DNA of 64,000 nucleotides from an uncultured Pseudodesulfovibrio sp. (GTDB lineage Bacteria; Desulfobacterota; Desulfovibrionia; Desulfovibrionales; Desulfovibrionaceae): NCBI GenBank assembly GCA_963677845.1, contig OY782498.1, positions 1,431,518 to 1,495,517 of the forward strand, read 5' to 3'. Shown piece by piece: positions 9,897 to 20,114 of this stretch (position 1 is its first letter; each line of letters starts with the position of its first letter). The notes under the pieces were generated by a model. It saw only the letters and a program-made list of their open reading frames with translations, ran no database searches and was not told where the DNA came from. The position numbers and the translations under genes were made by a program.

Positions 9897-10692
9897 GATT
9901 CAACTCCCACAACGCTTTAAGGCGAATGAGCAACGGTTCCACTTTGTCCAGCGGAAGGCTGTTCGGGCCGTCACAGAGTGCTTTGTCGGGATCTGGATGT
10001 ACTTCCATGAACACCCCGTTAACTCCTGCAGCCACAGCTGCGGAAGCAAGCACCGGTACATATTCACGTTGCCCACCGGACATGCCACCAAGGCCACCCG
10101 GTAATTGAACCGAATGCGTGGCATCCATGACTACGGGGACATCAAAGCCCTGCATTTGCGGGATGGAACGCATGTCTACGACAAGATTATTGTATCCATA
10201 AGTGGAGCCACGTTCGGTCAACCAGACCTGCTCATTGCCGGAAGCACGGACTTTTTCCACGGCATTTTTCATGTCCCAAGGGGCCAAGAATTGCCCCTTT
10301 TTAATATTGATGACCCTGCCAGTTTTGGCGGCAGCGACAAGCAAATCAGTCTGACGACACAAAAAGGCCGGAATTTGAAGCACGTCTGCCACTTCGCCAA
10401 CCGGAGCAGCCTGCTCCGGATGGTGAATATCGGTGACCACGGGCAAGCCCGTGGTTTTCTTTACTTCAGCAAGTATTTCCAGCCCTTTTTCCATGCCGGG
10501 ACCACGAAAACTGGTTACGGAAGTCCGGTTTGCCTTATCAAAAGAGCTTTTGAAAACAAGCGGAATATCCAGTTTTGCAGCCAGTTCGGCCAGAGTACCA
10601 GCCGTCTGAAGTACAATTTCCCGACTTTCGATGGCGCAGGGACCGGCCAGAATAAACGGACCGGACCTGCTTGCTTGATAAAGGTCTGCCAT
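9889..10692 (-). CDS. kdsA: 2-dehydro-3-deoxyphosphooctonate aldolase (KDO-8-P synthase)
   Basis: Motifs [20 protein letters not shown] and [11 protein letters not shown]. Confidence 0.95.
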
Positions 10693-10695
10693 AGG

Positions 10696-12348
<1,653 letters not shown>

Positions 12349-12507
12349 TTACTTCTGCTTGAATTATATGAATATATTATGATCGACCTTCTGCGTCGAC
12401 CATGTTGACTGTCATGCGCCGGACACGTATGTTCCTTGCCCAACACGGCACTGCTTTGCAAAGTATGCAAGGTAGTACGACAAAGTCAATACGAAGAGGA
12501 GAATTTC

Positions 12508-13323
12508 ATGGCGCGCGTCAATGCACTTGTCATCACAGGATACGGTACCAACTGCGAAAAGGAATCCGCTTATGCACTTAAGCAGGCGGGAGCAGAGAAT
12601 GCCGATATCGCCTACTTTTCCGACCTTGCCGCAGGCCATGTGCGCATGGATAAGTATAATTATTTGCTCTGTCCAGGCGGATTTCTTGACGGTGACGACC
12701 TCGGAGCCGCTCAAGCCGCTGCACTGCGCTGGCGTTGGTCAAATGATGCCGAGGGCAAGCCTGTTCTGGATCAGCTCAAAGTTTTTTTTGATAACGGCGG
12801 TATTATTCTTGGTATCTGCAACGGCTTTCAACTTTTATGCAAACTTGGTTTGCTTCCGGCTATCGGCGGTAAATATTTCGAACGTCAGGTTTCATTGTCC
12901 TATAATGACTCTGGCCGTTTCGAAGATCGTTGGGTTCGCCTCAAAACCAACCCGGCCTCCCCTTGCGTGTTCACCAAGGGCATCGACATGATTGATGTTC
13001 CTATTCGTCATGGTGAAGGAAAAATTATCCCCATGGACGACGACACATTCAAGGCCATTCAGGATAATAATTTAATCGCTGTCCAGTATGTCCACCCGGA
13101 AACCGGCGAACCTACATTGGAATACCCTTATAATCCAAATGGTTCTCCTTTGGGCATCGCTGGCTTGACCGATCCGTCCGGCCGTATCCTGGGACTCATG
13201 CCCCACCCCGAGGCTTACAATCACGTCACCAACCATCCGTCATGGACTCGCGGCACTGATCCGAACATGCCGCTCGGTTTGGCTATGCTTGAAGCCGGTG
13301 TAAAATATCTGGCCGACCAATAA
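12508..13323 (+). CDS. purQ: FGAM synthase glutamine amidotransferase subunit (PurQ-like, GATase_5)
   Basis: Start moved to MARVNALVITGYGTNCE, which has a GAGGAG RBS 7 nt upstream. Catalytic GICNGFQLL, HGEG and MPHPE motifs are present. Confidence 0.7.
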   Translation: MARVNALVITGYGTNCEKESAYALKQAGAENADIAYFSDLAAGHVRMDKYNYLLCPGGFLDGDDLGAAQAAALRWRWSNDAEGKPVLDQLKVFFDNGGIILGICNGFQLLCKLGLLPAIGGKYFERQVSLSYNDSGRFEDRWVRLKTNPASPCVFTKGIDMIDVPIRHGEGKIIPMDDDTFKAIQDNNLIAVQYVHPETGEPTLEYPYNPNGSPLGIAGLTDPSGRILGLMPHPEAYNHVTNHPSWTRGTDPNMPLGLAMLEAGVKYLADQ

Positions 13324-13337
13324 TCGCCGGAACTTTC

Positions 13338-13826
13338 ATGTCTATTCGTATTCCTCCTGAACCGCCTGAAGGCGCAAGCTGGCGTTCATTTATGGATGTG
13401 GCGTTTCAGGAGGCGTGCAAGGCCGCCAAAGTGGGGGAATCTCCCATTGGTGCGGCCTTGTTTGACATGGACGGCACGCTTATCGCCAGCGCGCATAACC
13501 AGCCTATTTCTCTCAACGATCCGACAGGTCACGCCGAAGTTCTTTGCCTGCGTAAAGCTGCGGATAAATTGAAAAACTATCGTTTAACAAACACCATCAT
13601 GGCAGTCACTCTGGAGCCGTGTCTCATGTGCACAGGTGCGCTTATTCATGCCCGTGTACAAGGTGTAATTTTTGCCGCACGAGACACACGGGCCGGGGCA
13701 TTGGTCTCCAATCTCGACGGCCACGCCCTGCCCTTCACGAATCACAAGATATGGACCATCGAGGGTGTCATGGGCGATGAGTGTAGCGGTCTGCTCAAAA
13801 GATTTTTTCTGGAACGCAGAAAATAA
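13338..13826 (+). CDS. tadA: tRNA adenosine(34) deaminase
   Basis: HAEV and PCLMCTGAL zinc-binding motifs; 162 aa. Confidence 0.9.
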   Translation: MSIRIPPEPPEGASWRSFMDVAFQEACKAAKVGESPIGAALFDMDGTLIASAHNQPISLNDPTGHAEVLCLRKAADKLKNYRLTNTIMAVTLEPCLMCTGALIHARVQGVIFAARDTRAGALVSNLDGHALPFTNHKIWTIEGVMGDECSGLLKRFFLERRK

Positions 13827-13899
13827 ACTCCCCACTTTACAAGTCTGATTTCTGTCTTATTCTCCGTACTCCACCAAACTTTTTTAGGAGTATTCGAGT

Positions 13900-14256
13900 A
13901 TGAAAATAGCTCTCCCCACCCGTGACGGTAATATCGACGATCATTTTGGCCATTGCGACCATTACACTATAATCACGTTGGACAATGATCAGAACATTGT
14001 CAGCAAAGAACGCATGGACTCCCCGGAAGGCTGCGGTTGCAAATCCGACATTGCCCCGATTCTGGCCTCCAAAGGCGTAAAAGTCATGCTCGCCGGCAAC
14101 ATGGGCCAAGGCGCGGTCAATATTCTTCAGGCCAACAAGATTCAGGTCGTGCGCGGCTGCTCCGGCCCAATCGACGAAGTCGCCGCCAAATGGTTGGCCG
14201 GTGAAATCAAGGATGAACTCATTGTCTGCAACCATCACGACTGCGGCAATCACTAG
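13900..14256 (+). CDS. NifB/NifX-family (dinitrogenase FeMo-cofactor biosynthesis domain) small protein
   Basis: MKIALPTRDGNIDDHFGHCDHYTI.. pattern, 118 aa. The antisense 186-aa ORF is judged spurious. Confidence 0.7.
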   Translation: MKIALPTRDGNIDDHFGHCDHYTIITLDNDQNIVSKERMDSPEGCGCKSDIAPILASKGVKVMLAGNMGQGAVNILQANKIQVVRGCSGPIDEVAAKWLAGEIKDELIVCNHHDCGNH

Positions 14257-14537
14257 CCATCTCCCCTTTTCAACAAAACTTTTCGGCGCGATCGGCAAAA
14301 TGTCTTGCCAGTCGCGCCGAGTCTGTTTATATACCCTTTCCACATCGGCGTTAGCCGACTGTTGATTGAAAGCGCATTGTCCTCGATGCACCCACACAAT
14401 AATAAAAGCGGCTTTGGCTGTTCAAAAATGTGCGAGTGCCAGGCGCAAGAAAAAAGCAGGACCGAAGCGTATCTTAATACGCGAGGGTCTGATTTTTTCG
14501 CAGCAACGACGCAATCGTGCATTTTTCAACAGCCAAA

Positions 14538-14630
14538 GGAGAGGTAGCGAAGTCCGGCCGTAACGCGCTCGACTCGAAATCGAGTTATGGGTCAAACCAT
14601 ACGTGGGTTCGAATCCCACCCTCTCCGCCA
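14538..14630 (+). tRNA. tRNA-Ser (anticodon CGA), class II with long variable arm, CCA encoded
   Basis: Acceptor GGAGAGG/CCTCTCC, anticodon stem CTCGA/TCGAG with loop CU-CGA-AA, variable arm TTATGGGTCAAACCATAC, T-arm GTGGG-TTCGAAT-CCCAC, then G-CCA. Confidence 0.9.
14616..14630 (+). repeat. attL-like copy of a 15-nt direct repeat (the 3' end of tRNA-Ser)
   Basis: ccaccctctccgcca, identical to 16030-16044. Confidence 0.7.
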
Positions 14631-14637
14631 TGAAAGT

Positions 14638-14673
14638 AAAAAGCCTTTGGGTCATAGACCCAAAGGCTTTTTT
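14638..14673 (+). terminator. Rho-independent terminator directly after tRNA-Ser, lying inside the islet
   Basis: agcctttgggtc-ata-gacccaaaggct followed by T5. Confidence 0.65.
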
Positions 14674-14880
14674 GTAATTAATTTCTGTATAATTCATTAA
14701 TTTAAGAATTGTAGAGCCCCACCTAATTCTGTGGCGTTCTGTAACCATTATCCCTGACTACTCCTCTGGACGGGCTTTATCTTTGCGTGTTTTAGTCTTG
14801 GGGTGTATTTTCCTTTTTTGTATGGCTAATCTTATTATTTAACTGTCGAATCAATATTTCATTACGAACAGGTATACATA

Positions 14881-15930
14881 ATGGCAAATAAAAAGCGTAT
14901 AAAGCGAATGTCTGTCTACCAAGGTTTAGCCAAGTACTTCGAGAAAACAGCACTTGAATTACTATCTTCTCAAGAAAGGAAACATCTAATAGGCAAGGGC
15001 TTAGGGCTGTCAATTGCTGTGATAAAGCGACATATGAAATCTCAAATTCGTGCTTTCCCATATTCGGTAAAAAAAACGGGAGCCTTCATCGTGCAGGAAG
15101 GAGCGATACAAGATCCTATCGTTAGAACTAAGCTTGGCGAACTAATTGATTGTTTACAGATTGGGGATAAGCGTCTCAACAACCCAAATCTTAACAAACG
15201 TGAGCGGTTTGTTACGCATAACAATCAAGGTTTTTTTGACAAATCCGGGCGATTCATAGCTGACTTTATGGCAGACAGTATGCACATACGACACTTCCAT
15301 GTTGGGTACAACAAATTGACGAATGACCAACTCGTATATGCTTTATTTCATACGCATGAAATAACATTACTTGCTATAGGTTGCCACTCTGACATGTATA
15401 TCGAATCGAAAGAAAACCCTATTTTCAATGTGCTAGAGACTGAACTTCCAGTTGTTGCTGATTCGTTGTGTCCCGTTATGAAAGGAATTTTGCCATCTTT
15501 CACAGATCAACCTAGCCCCCAAGATATAAAAAACCTGAAAACCAATGGAGTAAATATTCATTTTGCAGACAGCCAAGGACAAGCCAGAATGGTTCTTAAT
15601 GGAAATACAATGGCTCGTACGCCAATTGATACAAGAATGTTTGCAGATCGAATTGCCTACGAACTGAGAGATATAGTCCAAGATGAAAATGCTACATTTA
15701 TATCACTAGAACATCATAAAGGTCATCCGTGTTTATTGTTAAAGTTACCTCATGGACATGACTATCGATATGAGCTTGTAAAACTGAATACGCAGTCTGC
15801 ATTAGTGAGTGCCGCTGAGATGTTAGAAGAACTTTTCATTGTTGAAGGAGTGGGCCAATCTCCTCAGTATCCTAGGATACAAGAGCGTTTTAAAAGTAAA
15901 AAGAATCAGAAACGAATTGCTCGCACGTAA
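14881..15930 (+). CDS. Orphan hypothetical protein (349 aa) with basic termini and a central His-rich YafO-toxin-like motif
   Basis: Long uninterrupted ORF in AT-rich DNA; I recognise no family for the full length. Residues about 135-175 (MHIRHFHVGYNKLTNDQLVYALFHTHEITLLAIGCH) resemble the HxH..TND..LVY....LLAI..H core of YafO-type toxins, recalled from memory. Confidence 0.55.
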   Translation: MANKKRIKRMSVYQGLAKYFEKTALELLSSQERKHLIGKGLGLSIAVIKRHMKSQIRAFPYSVKKTGAFIVQEGAIQDPIVRTKLGELIDCLQIGDKRLNNPNLNKRERFVTHNNQGFFDKSGRFIADFMADSMHIRHFHVGYNKLTNDQLVYALFHTHEITLLAIGCHSDMYIESKENPIFNVLETELPVVADSLCPVMKGILPSFTDQPSPQDIKNLKTNGVNIHFADSQGQARMVLNGNTMARTPIDTRMFADRIAYELRDIVQDENATFISLEHHKGHPCLLLKLPHGHDYRYELVKLNTQSALVSAAEMLEELFIVEGVGQSPQYPRIQERFKSKKNQKRIART

Positions 15931-16029
15931 GCTAGTAGACCACAGCTACACAGAAGTGCTACACAGCGCCCTTTGTGCACACATCAAGGTTAAATTATTA
16001 CAAGGTTGGAAAGTCGGACAGACCTTTTT

Positions 16030-16044
16030 CCACCCTCTCCGCCA
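16030..16044 (+). repeat. attR-like copy of the 15-nt tRNA-Ser 3'-end repeat
   Basis: ccaccctctccgcca. It is followed at about 16052-16086 by the hairpin ctctgaa-catcga-ttcagag plus a T-run. Confidence 0.7.
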
Positions 16045-16487
16045 GCAAAATAAAAAGCTCTGAACATCGATTCAGAGTTCTTTTTCATTTAAAACAGGTT
16101 TTATTCTTTGAATTTTTCGCCTTATTTTTTCTATTTCCTGAAAGATTGCATCTAAAAAAGGACACTTTACTTAACAAAGGCTTTAATCTGACTTTAATTT
16201 TAAACAAAAATTTAACTAAAAAACCATCCCAACATACCAATTAGTCTAGATAAAACCACCATCTTCGATATCCCTTTACTTTCCTCTCTTAATAGTACAA
16301 GTAGTACCTGCTCAGCGTAACTGGACGCACGATTACTTCTTTGTCCCATTTGGACGCCATCGTTTCGGTTTGTCGAAACAAGATTTATTCCACGTACCAG
16401 AGCCATCCCTTATACATAATCCGGTTTACCCGGACACGACCGCTGTTGCGCGCCGTCGTCATTAATACCTTTTCACACAAGGATCAT

Positions 16488-17723
16488 ATGGCTTTTTCCT
16501 CTTTTTCTTTTGATAACCGTCTTAATGCGGGCATCAAATTCTGTGGCTATGAAACCCCGACCCCTATTCAAACTCAGGCAATCCCTCACGTGCTCAAAGG
16601 GCACGATGTCATGGGATTGGCCCAAACCGGCACCGGCAAAACCGCTGCGTTCGCCCTGCCAACCCTGCAACGTCTGCTGGATGAAAGGCTGCCCGCCAAG
16701 GGTGCACCCAAAATTCTGGTTCTTGCTCCGACTCGTGAGCTGGCATTGCAAATTCATGAGAGCTTTGTCGCTCTTGGCAAACAAACCGGCGTTCGCAGTG
16801 CGGCTGTCATAGGCGGCGTGGGCATGAACCCTCAAATCAAGGCCTTCAGCTATTCTCGCGTTATCGTGGCCTGCCCCGGTCGATTGGTCCGCCTCATGAA
16901 AATGAACGCCGTCAATCTCAACCAGATCAACACGTTGGTTCTGGACGAAGCGGATAGGATGCTCGACATGGGCTTTATGCCGGACATCAAACGCATTTTG
17001 GCTAAACTGCCCGCCAAACGGCAGAATCTGCTCTTCTCCGCTACCATGCCCTCCGATATCAGAAAGCTCGCAGAAAATATCCTGAATCAACCCAAAACCG
17101 TTCAGGTCGCCAACACGGTCTCCGTGGAAAGCGTCGGGCATGTTCAGTACAAGGCGCCCAATCATCTCAAGCTTTCACTGTTGGGAAAAATACTCGCGAC
17201 AACTGACCATAAAAGTGTACTCATCTTTACCCGCACAAAGCACAAGGCAAAGAATCTGGCGCGCAAACTCTGTAACAACGGAGAAAACTGCACTTTCCTT
17301 CAGGGCAATATGAGCCAGGGGCAGCGTCAAAGAGCGTTGGATGGATTTCGTAACGGGCAGTTCAACATCATGGTAGCCACCGACATCGCCGCGCGCGGTA
17401 TCGATTGCGACCGTATTTCCCATGTCATCAATTTTGATATGCCGGATACTGTCGAGACATATACTCACCGCATCGGACGGACAGGTCGAGCCGGTCGTTC
17501 CGGTACAGCCGTCAGTCTTGTGACCCCGGAAGAGCGGTCCCAGATCAAAGCTATCGAGCGGGTCATGCGTATCAAGGTTGAACAAAATACCATTGACGGA
17601 TTTGACCATAACGCTGTCAGCACCAAGGTAGACACTCGCAAACCCGGTCGCCGCCCTCCCAAGAATCGCTTTTCCAATTCAAGGAAACGCAACTCCAATC
17701 GAGGTCGTCGCTCCGCAGCGTAG
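16488..17723 (+). CDS. DEAD-box ATP-dependent RNA helicase (RhlE-like)
   Basis: Start moved to MAFSSFSFDN (AAGGA RBS). Q-motif TPIQTQAIP, AQTGTGKT, DEAD (VLDEADRM), SAT, HRIGRTGRAG and a basic C-terminal tail are present. Confidence 0.9.
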   Translation: MAFSSFSFDNRLNAGIKFCGYETPTPIQTQAIPHVLKGHDVMGLAQTGTGKTAAFALPTLQRLLDERLPAKGAPKILVLAPTRELALQIHESFVALGKQTGVRSAAVIGGVGMNPQIKAFSYSRVIVACPGRLVRLMKMNAVNLNQINTLVLDEADRMLDMGFMPDIKRILAKLPAKRQNLLFSATMPSDIRKLAENILNQPKTVQVANTVSVESVGHVQYKAPNHLKLSLLGKILATTDHKSVLIFTRTKHKAKNLARKLCNNGENCTFLQGNMSQGQRQRALDGFRNGQFNIMVATDIAARGIDCDRISHVINFDMPDTVETYTHRIGRTGRAGRSGTAVSLVTPEERSQIKAIERVMRIKVEQNTIDGFDHNAVSTKVDTRKPGRRPPKNRFSNSRKRNSNRGRRSAA

Positions 17724-17744
17724 TATCCCTTTCATTACAATAAC

Positions 17745-17787
17745 AAAGCCCTGTCCTTCGGCAATTAAACCGAAGCACAGGGCTTTC
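17745..17787. terminator. Hairpin terminator between the convergent helicase and hdrD-like genes
   Basis: aaagccctgt-ccttcgg...ccgaag-cacagggcttt long stem. Confidence 0.5.
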
Positions 17788-17808
17788 CCTTGTCTATCCC
17801 TTTCCTGT

Positions 17809-19104
17809 CTACAACCCTACACTCTTCAAATCATCTCCGAGATATTCACGTTCGTTTTCGCCGAGGATACCAAGCGAAAGACAAATGAGCGTCCAGAGGT
17901 GAACTACCGGAAAGTGTGCGCCGGAGTATTCACTGAGATCATGAATCTGAGAATGGCAGTTGTGACATGGCGCGATACAATAGTCTGCCTTGGTGCGGAG
18001 AATCTGGTCGAGCTTGATCTGACCGTACTTGCGCCGTTCGTCTGCAAAACCTGACTGGAGGAATCCGCCGCCACCACCGCAACAGTAATTGTTGGATTTA
18101 TTCGGCCACATATCGATGAAATTCTCTTCACCGACAACGGATTTAACCACAAAACGAAGGTCCTCGGCCACCGGATCACCCAGTGATTTCCGTACAAGCT
18201 GACACGGGTCCTGAACCGTGAAGGTCACACCCAAGTCCTTGTTCCAATCGGAATTGACTGGCAGCTTGCCCTCACGAATCCACTGGGCATACAGCCGGAT
18301 GATGCTTTCCATTTCGAAGTCGTGTTCGACATTAAACTTTTGCAGTCCAGCCCGGACTGCATAAAATTCGTGTCCTCACTCCGTATTGAGCCAGACCTTG
18401 CACCCCAACTCTTCCACAGCTCCTGCCTTGTTGCGCACCACGTTTTCCCATGCGTCATCATCGGCCAAAAACATACAGTAATTTTCTGCTGCCCAGCCTT
18501 TGGTGCTATATGTCCAATCCGCGCCGACCAGATTAAGTATCTTCCAGAGCGGCACCATTTCGTCCGGCTCGGTAACTGGTTCGCGTGAGTTTTGATTCAG
18601 GAAATAATAGGCGCCCTTTCTGTCTACAGAGACTTGAATATTTTCCTGACCAGGCTGCATTTCACGTACTTCTTCGGCCACATCCTCGACCACAAATTTA
18701 AAATCTTCGCTGGATGCACCCATGGCGCTGTTGCCCGGAGTGTTCAATGCCTGCTCACAGGAACCAAGTATTCCCTTCGGACGATCTTCCCTTGGCCATG
18801 ATTGACGACATTGGTAGATCAGTTGAGGGATATCCACTTCCATGGGGCACGCATGAACGCACCGCCGACACATGGTGCACAGCCACACCCAAGGTGTTGA
18901 CCGAATCGTCTCTTCCTGCCCCATAAGCGCTAAACGCAGAAATTTACGAGGGTCCATGTCTTCCATACCCGTAGCAGGACATCCGGCAGAGCAGGCTCCA
19001 CACGTGAGACACATATTCAAATTACCGCCCTCGGGCAGCAGTTCCCGGACCTTGTCCACCAGTTCCGATTGCTTCGGCTCGATAAGAAGCGCTGCTTCAC
19101 CCAT
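17809..19104 (-). CDS. HdrD/GlpC-like Fe-S oxidoreductase, selenocysteine-containing (in-frame TGA at 18376-18378)
   Basis: Track ORFs 18376-19104 and 17809-18312 are in the same frame. They are separated only by a TGA and 21 sense codons (U-GHEFYAVRAGLQKFNVEHDFE-M). The N-terminus has two CxxCxxCxxxCP motifs. The C-terminus has a complete CCG domain (DPC-x39-CCGGGGG...CHNC). A hairpin lies 15 nt after the TGA. Confidence 0.75.
18342..18360 (-). promoter_or_regulatory. Candidate bacterial SECIS hairpin for the hdrD-like gene
   Basis: In the mRNA, GCAGUCC-GGGCU-GGACUGC forms a perfect 7-bp stem with a G-rich apical loop, starting 15 nt 3' of the UGA. Confidence 0.55.
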
Positions 19105-19211
19105 GGCTAACTCCTTTCGCGGACTTATGCCGCCGGATTCCCGGGAGCGGTCACCCGCTCCCGAAAACCGTTTATCGTAAGGTTCAACTCTTATTCACAC
19201 TGAATTTTCGT

Positions 19212-20114
19212 CTAGGCCAAGGCCTCTGTCTGAACAGCTGCGCCTGTCTGGTCGTACATAAGGCCACAACGCAGATCGAAGTGACGGTTGACGCTCATGG
19301 TCGGACACGGTGCATTCAATGCCACCTGAGTGACTGTCGAGCCAAGGAAAGCCTTTTCTGGGTCACGTTCCTTGGAATGGTGAGCCATGATGATCAGGTC
19401 TGCATCGGCCTGATTCCCCATACGCAGAATTTCCATGGAAGGCTTGCCGCGACAGGCTTCGAAACCGCACTCGCCAATACCGTCGAGGCGAGGACCATAT
19501 TCATCTTCCAGTCGACCGATGACCTCGGAACGGCTGTTTCCATTTTCCACGACATGCATGATCTTGAGATTGGCCTTGTACTGACGGGCCATCTGGCCGC
19601 CGTAACTTACGGCGCATTCAGCTTGATCAGAGAAGTCGGTTGCCACAAGGATGTTGCTATACAGCGGTTCCTTACAGACAACGTCCTTGTGAACAATCAT
19701 GACCGGACAGCGGGCCTTCTGGCTAACGCGTTCGAGCGTACTGCCTGTCATACCCCACATCTTGGAACGGGTCTCCTCGTATTCCTTGGTGTGCGGTCCC
19801 ATGACGATAAGATCAGTGTTCTTCTTTCGTGCCAGACGCAGAATTTCGTTGTGTGGGATACCCGGTACGACAATAATTTGTGATTCCGGGATGCCCTCAA
19901 GCATTTCCGCATAGGTTTCAGAGATCTGTTCCTTGAGCCGAGAAGTTTCACCCGAAGGTTCCAGGGTTTCGATGGAGCCCCAGCCCTGAGCCATGCCCGC
20001 TACGTGAACGAGGTAAAGCTTGGACTCGAACTTACGAGCGAATTCCATTGCTGCCTGAACCGCGCAATTGTCGATTCCGGTAGGAGTGACTCCTACGATG
20101 ATGTCCTTAAACAT
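19212..20114 (-). CDS. Tandem-domain universal stress protein
   Basis: Two UspA-like halves (IIVGVT..LYLVHV..LIVMG; ILVATDFS..LKIMHV..LIIMAHH). The start overlaps the hdrB stop by 8 nt. Confidence 0.85.
   Translation of the reverse strand: MFKDIIVGVTPTGIDNCAVQAAMEFARKFESKLYLVHVAGMAQGWGSIETLEPSGETSRLKEQISETYAEMLEGIPESQIIVVPGIPHNEILRLARKKNTDLIVMGPHTKEYEETRSKMWGMTGSTLERVSQKARCPVMIVHKDVVCKEPLYSNILVATDFSDQAECAVSYGGQMARQYKANLKIMHVVENGNSRSEVIGRLEDEYGPRLDGIGECGFEACRGKPSMEILRMGNQADADLIIMAHHSKERDPEKAFLGSTVTQVALNAPCPTMSVNRHFDLRCGLMYDQTGAAVQTEALA

Larger units (their letters stand above)
14631..16044. mobile_element. Integrase-less tRNA-Ser-associated genomic islet, likely a remnant of an integrative element
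   Basis: Bounded by 15-nt direct repeats of the tRNA 3' end. It is visibly AT-rich relative to its flanks and contains one ORF. A second terminator, plausibly the ancestral one, follows the distal repeat. Confidence 0.5.

Noticed and set aside
14422-14748. 108-aa minus-strand ORF spanning the tRNA-Ser gene.
   Set aside because: It overlaps a well-folded tRNA and its terminator, and its sequence is just the reverse translation of structured RNA.
16341-16487. N-terminal extensions given by the ORF track: helicase 16341, HdrL 25206, ilvE 57168, korA 50168, korB 48472, hdrC 21677, FAD oxidoreductase 39488, carboxyltransferase 41101, purQ 12436, and IS3-OrfA-like 29171.
   Set aside because: In each case an internal ATG preceded by a GGAGG/AAGGAG-type RBS coincides with the conserved N-terminus of the family and removes overlap with the upstream gene. 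The extensions have no conserved features.
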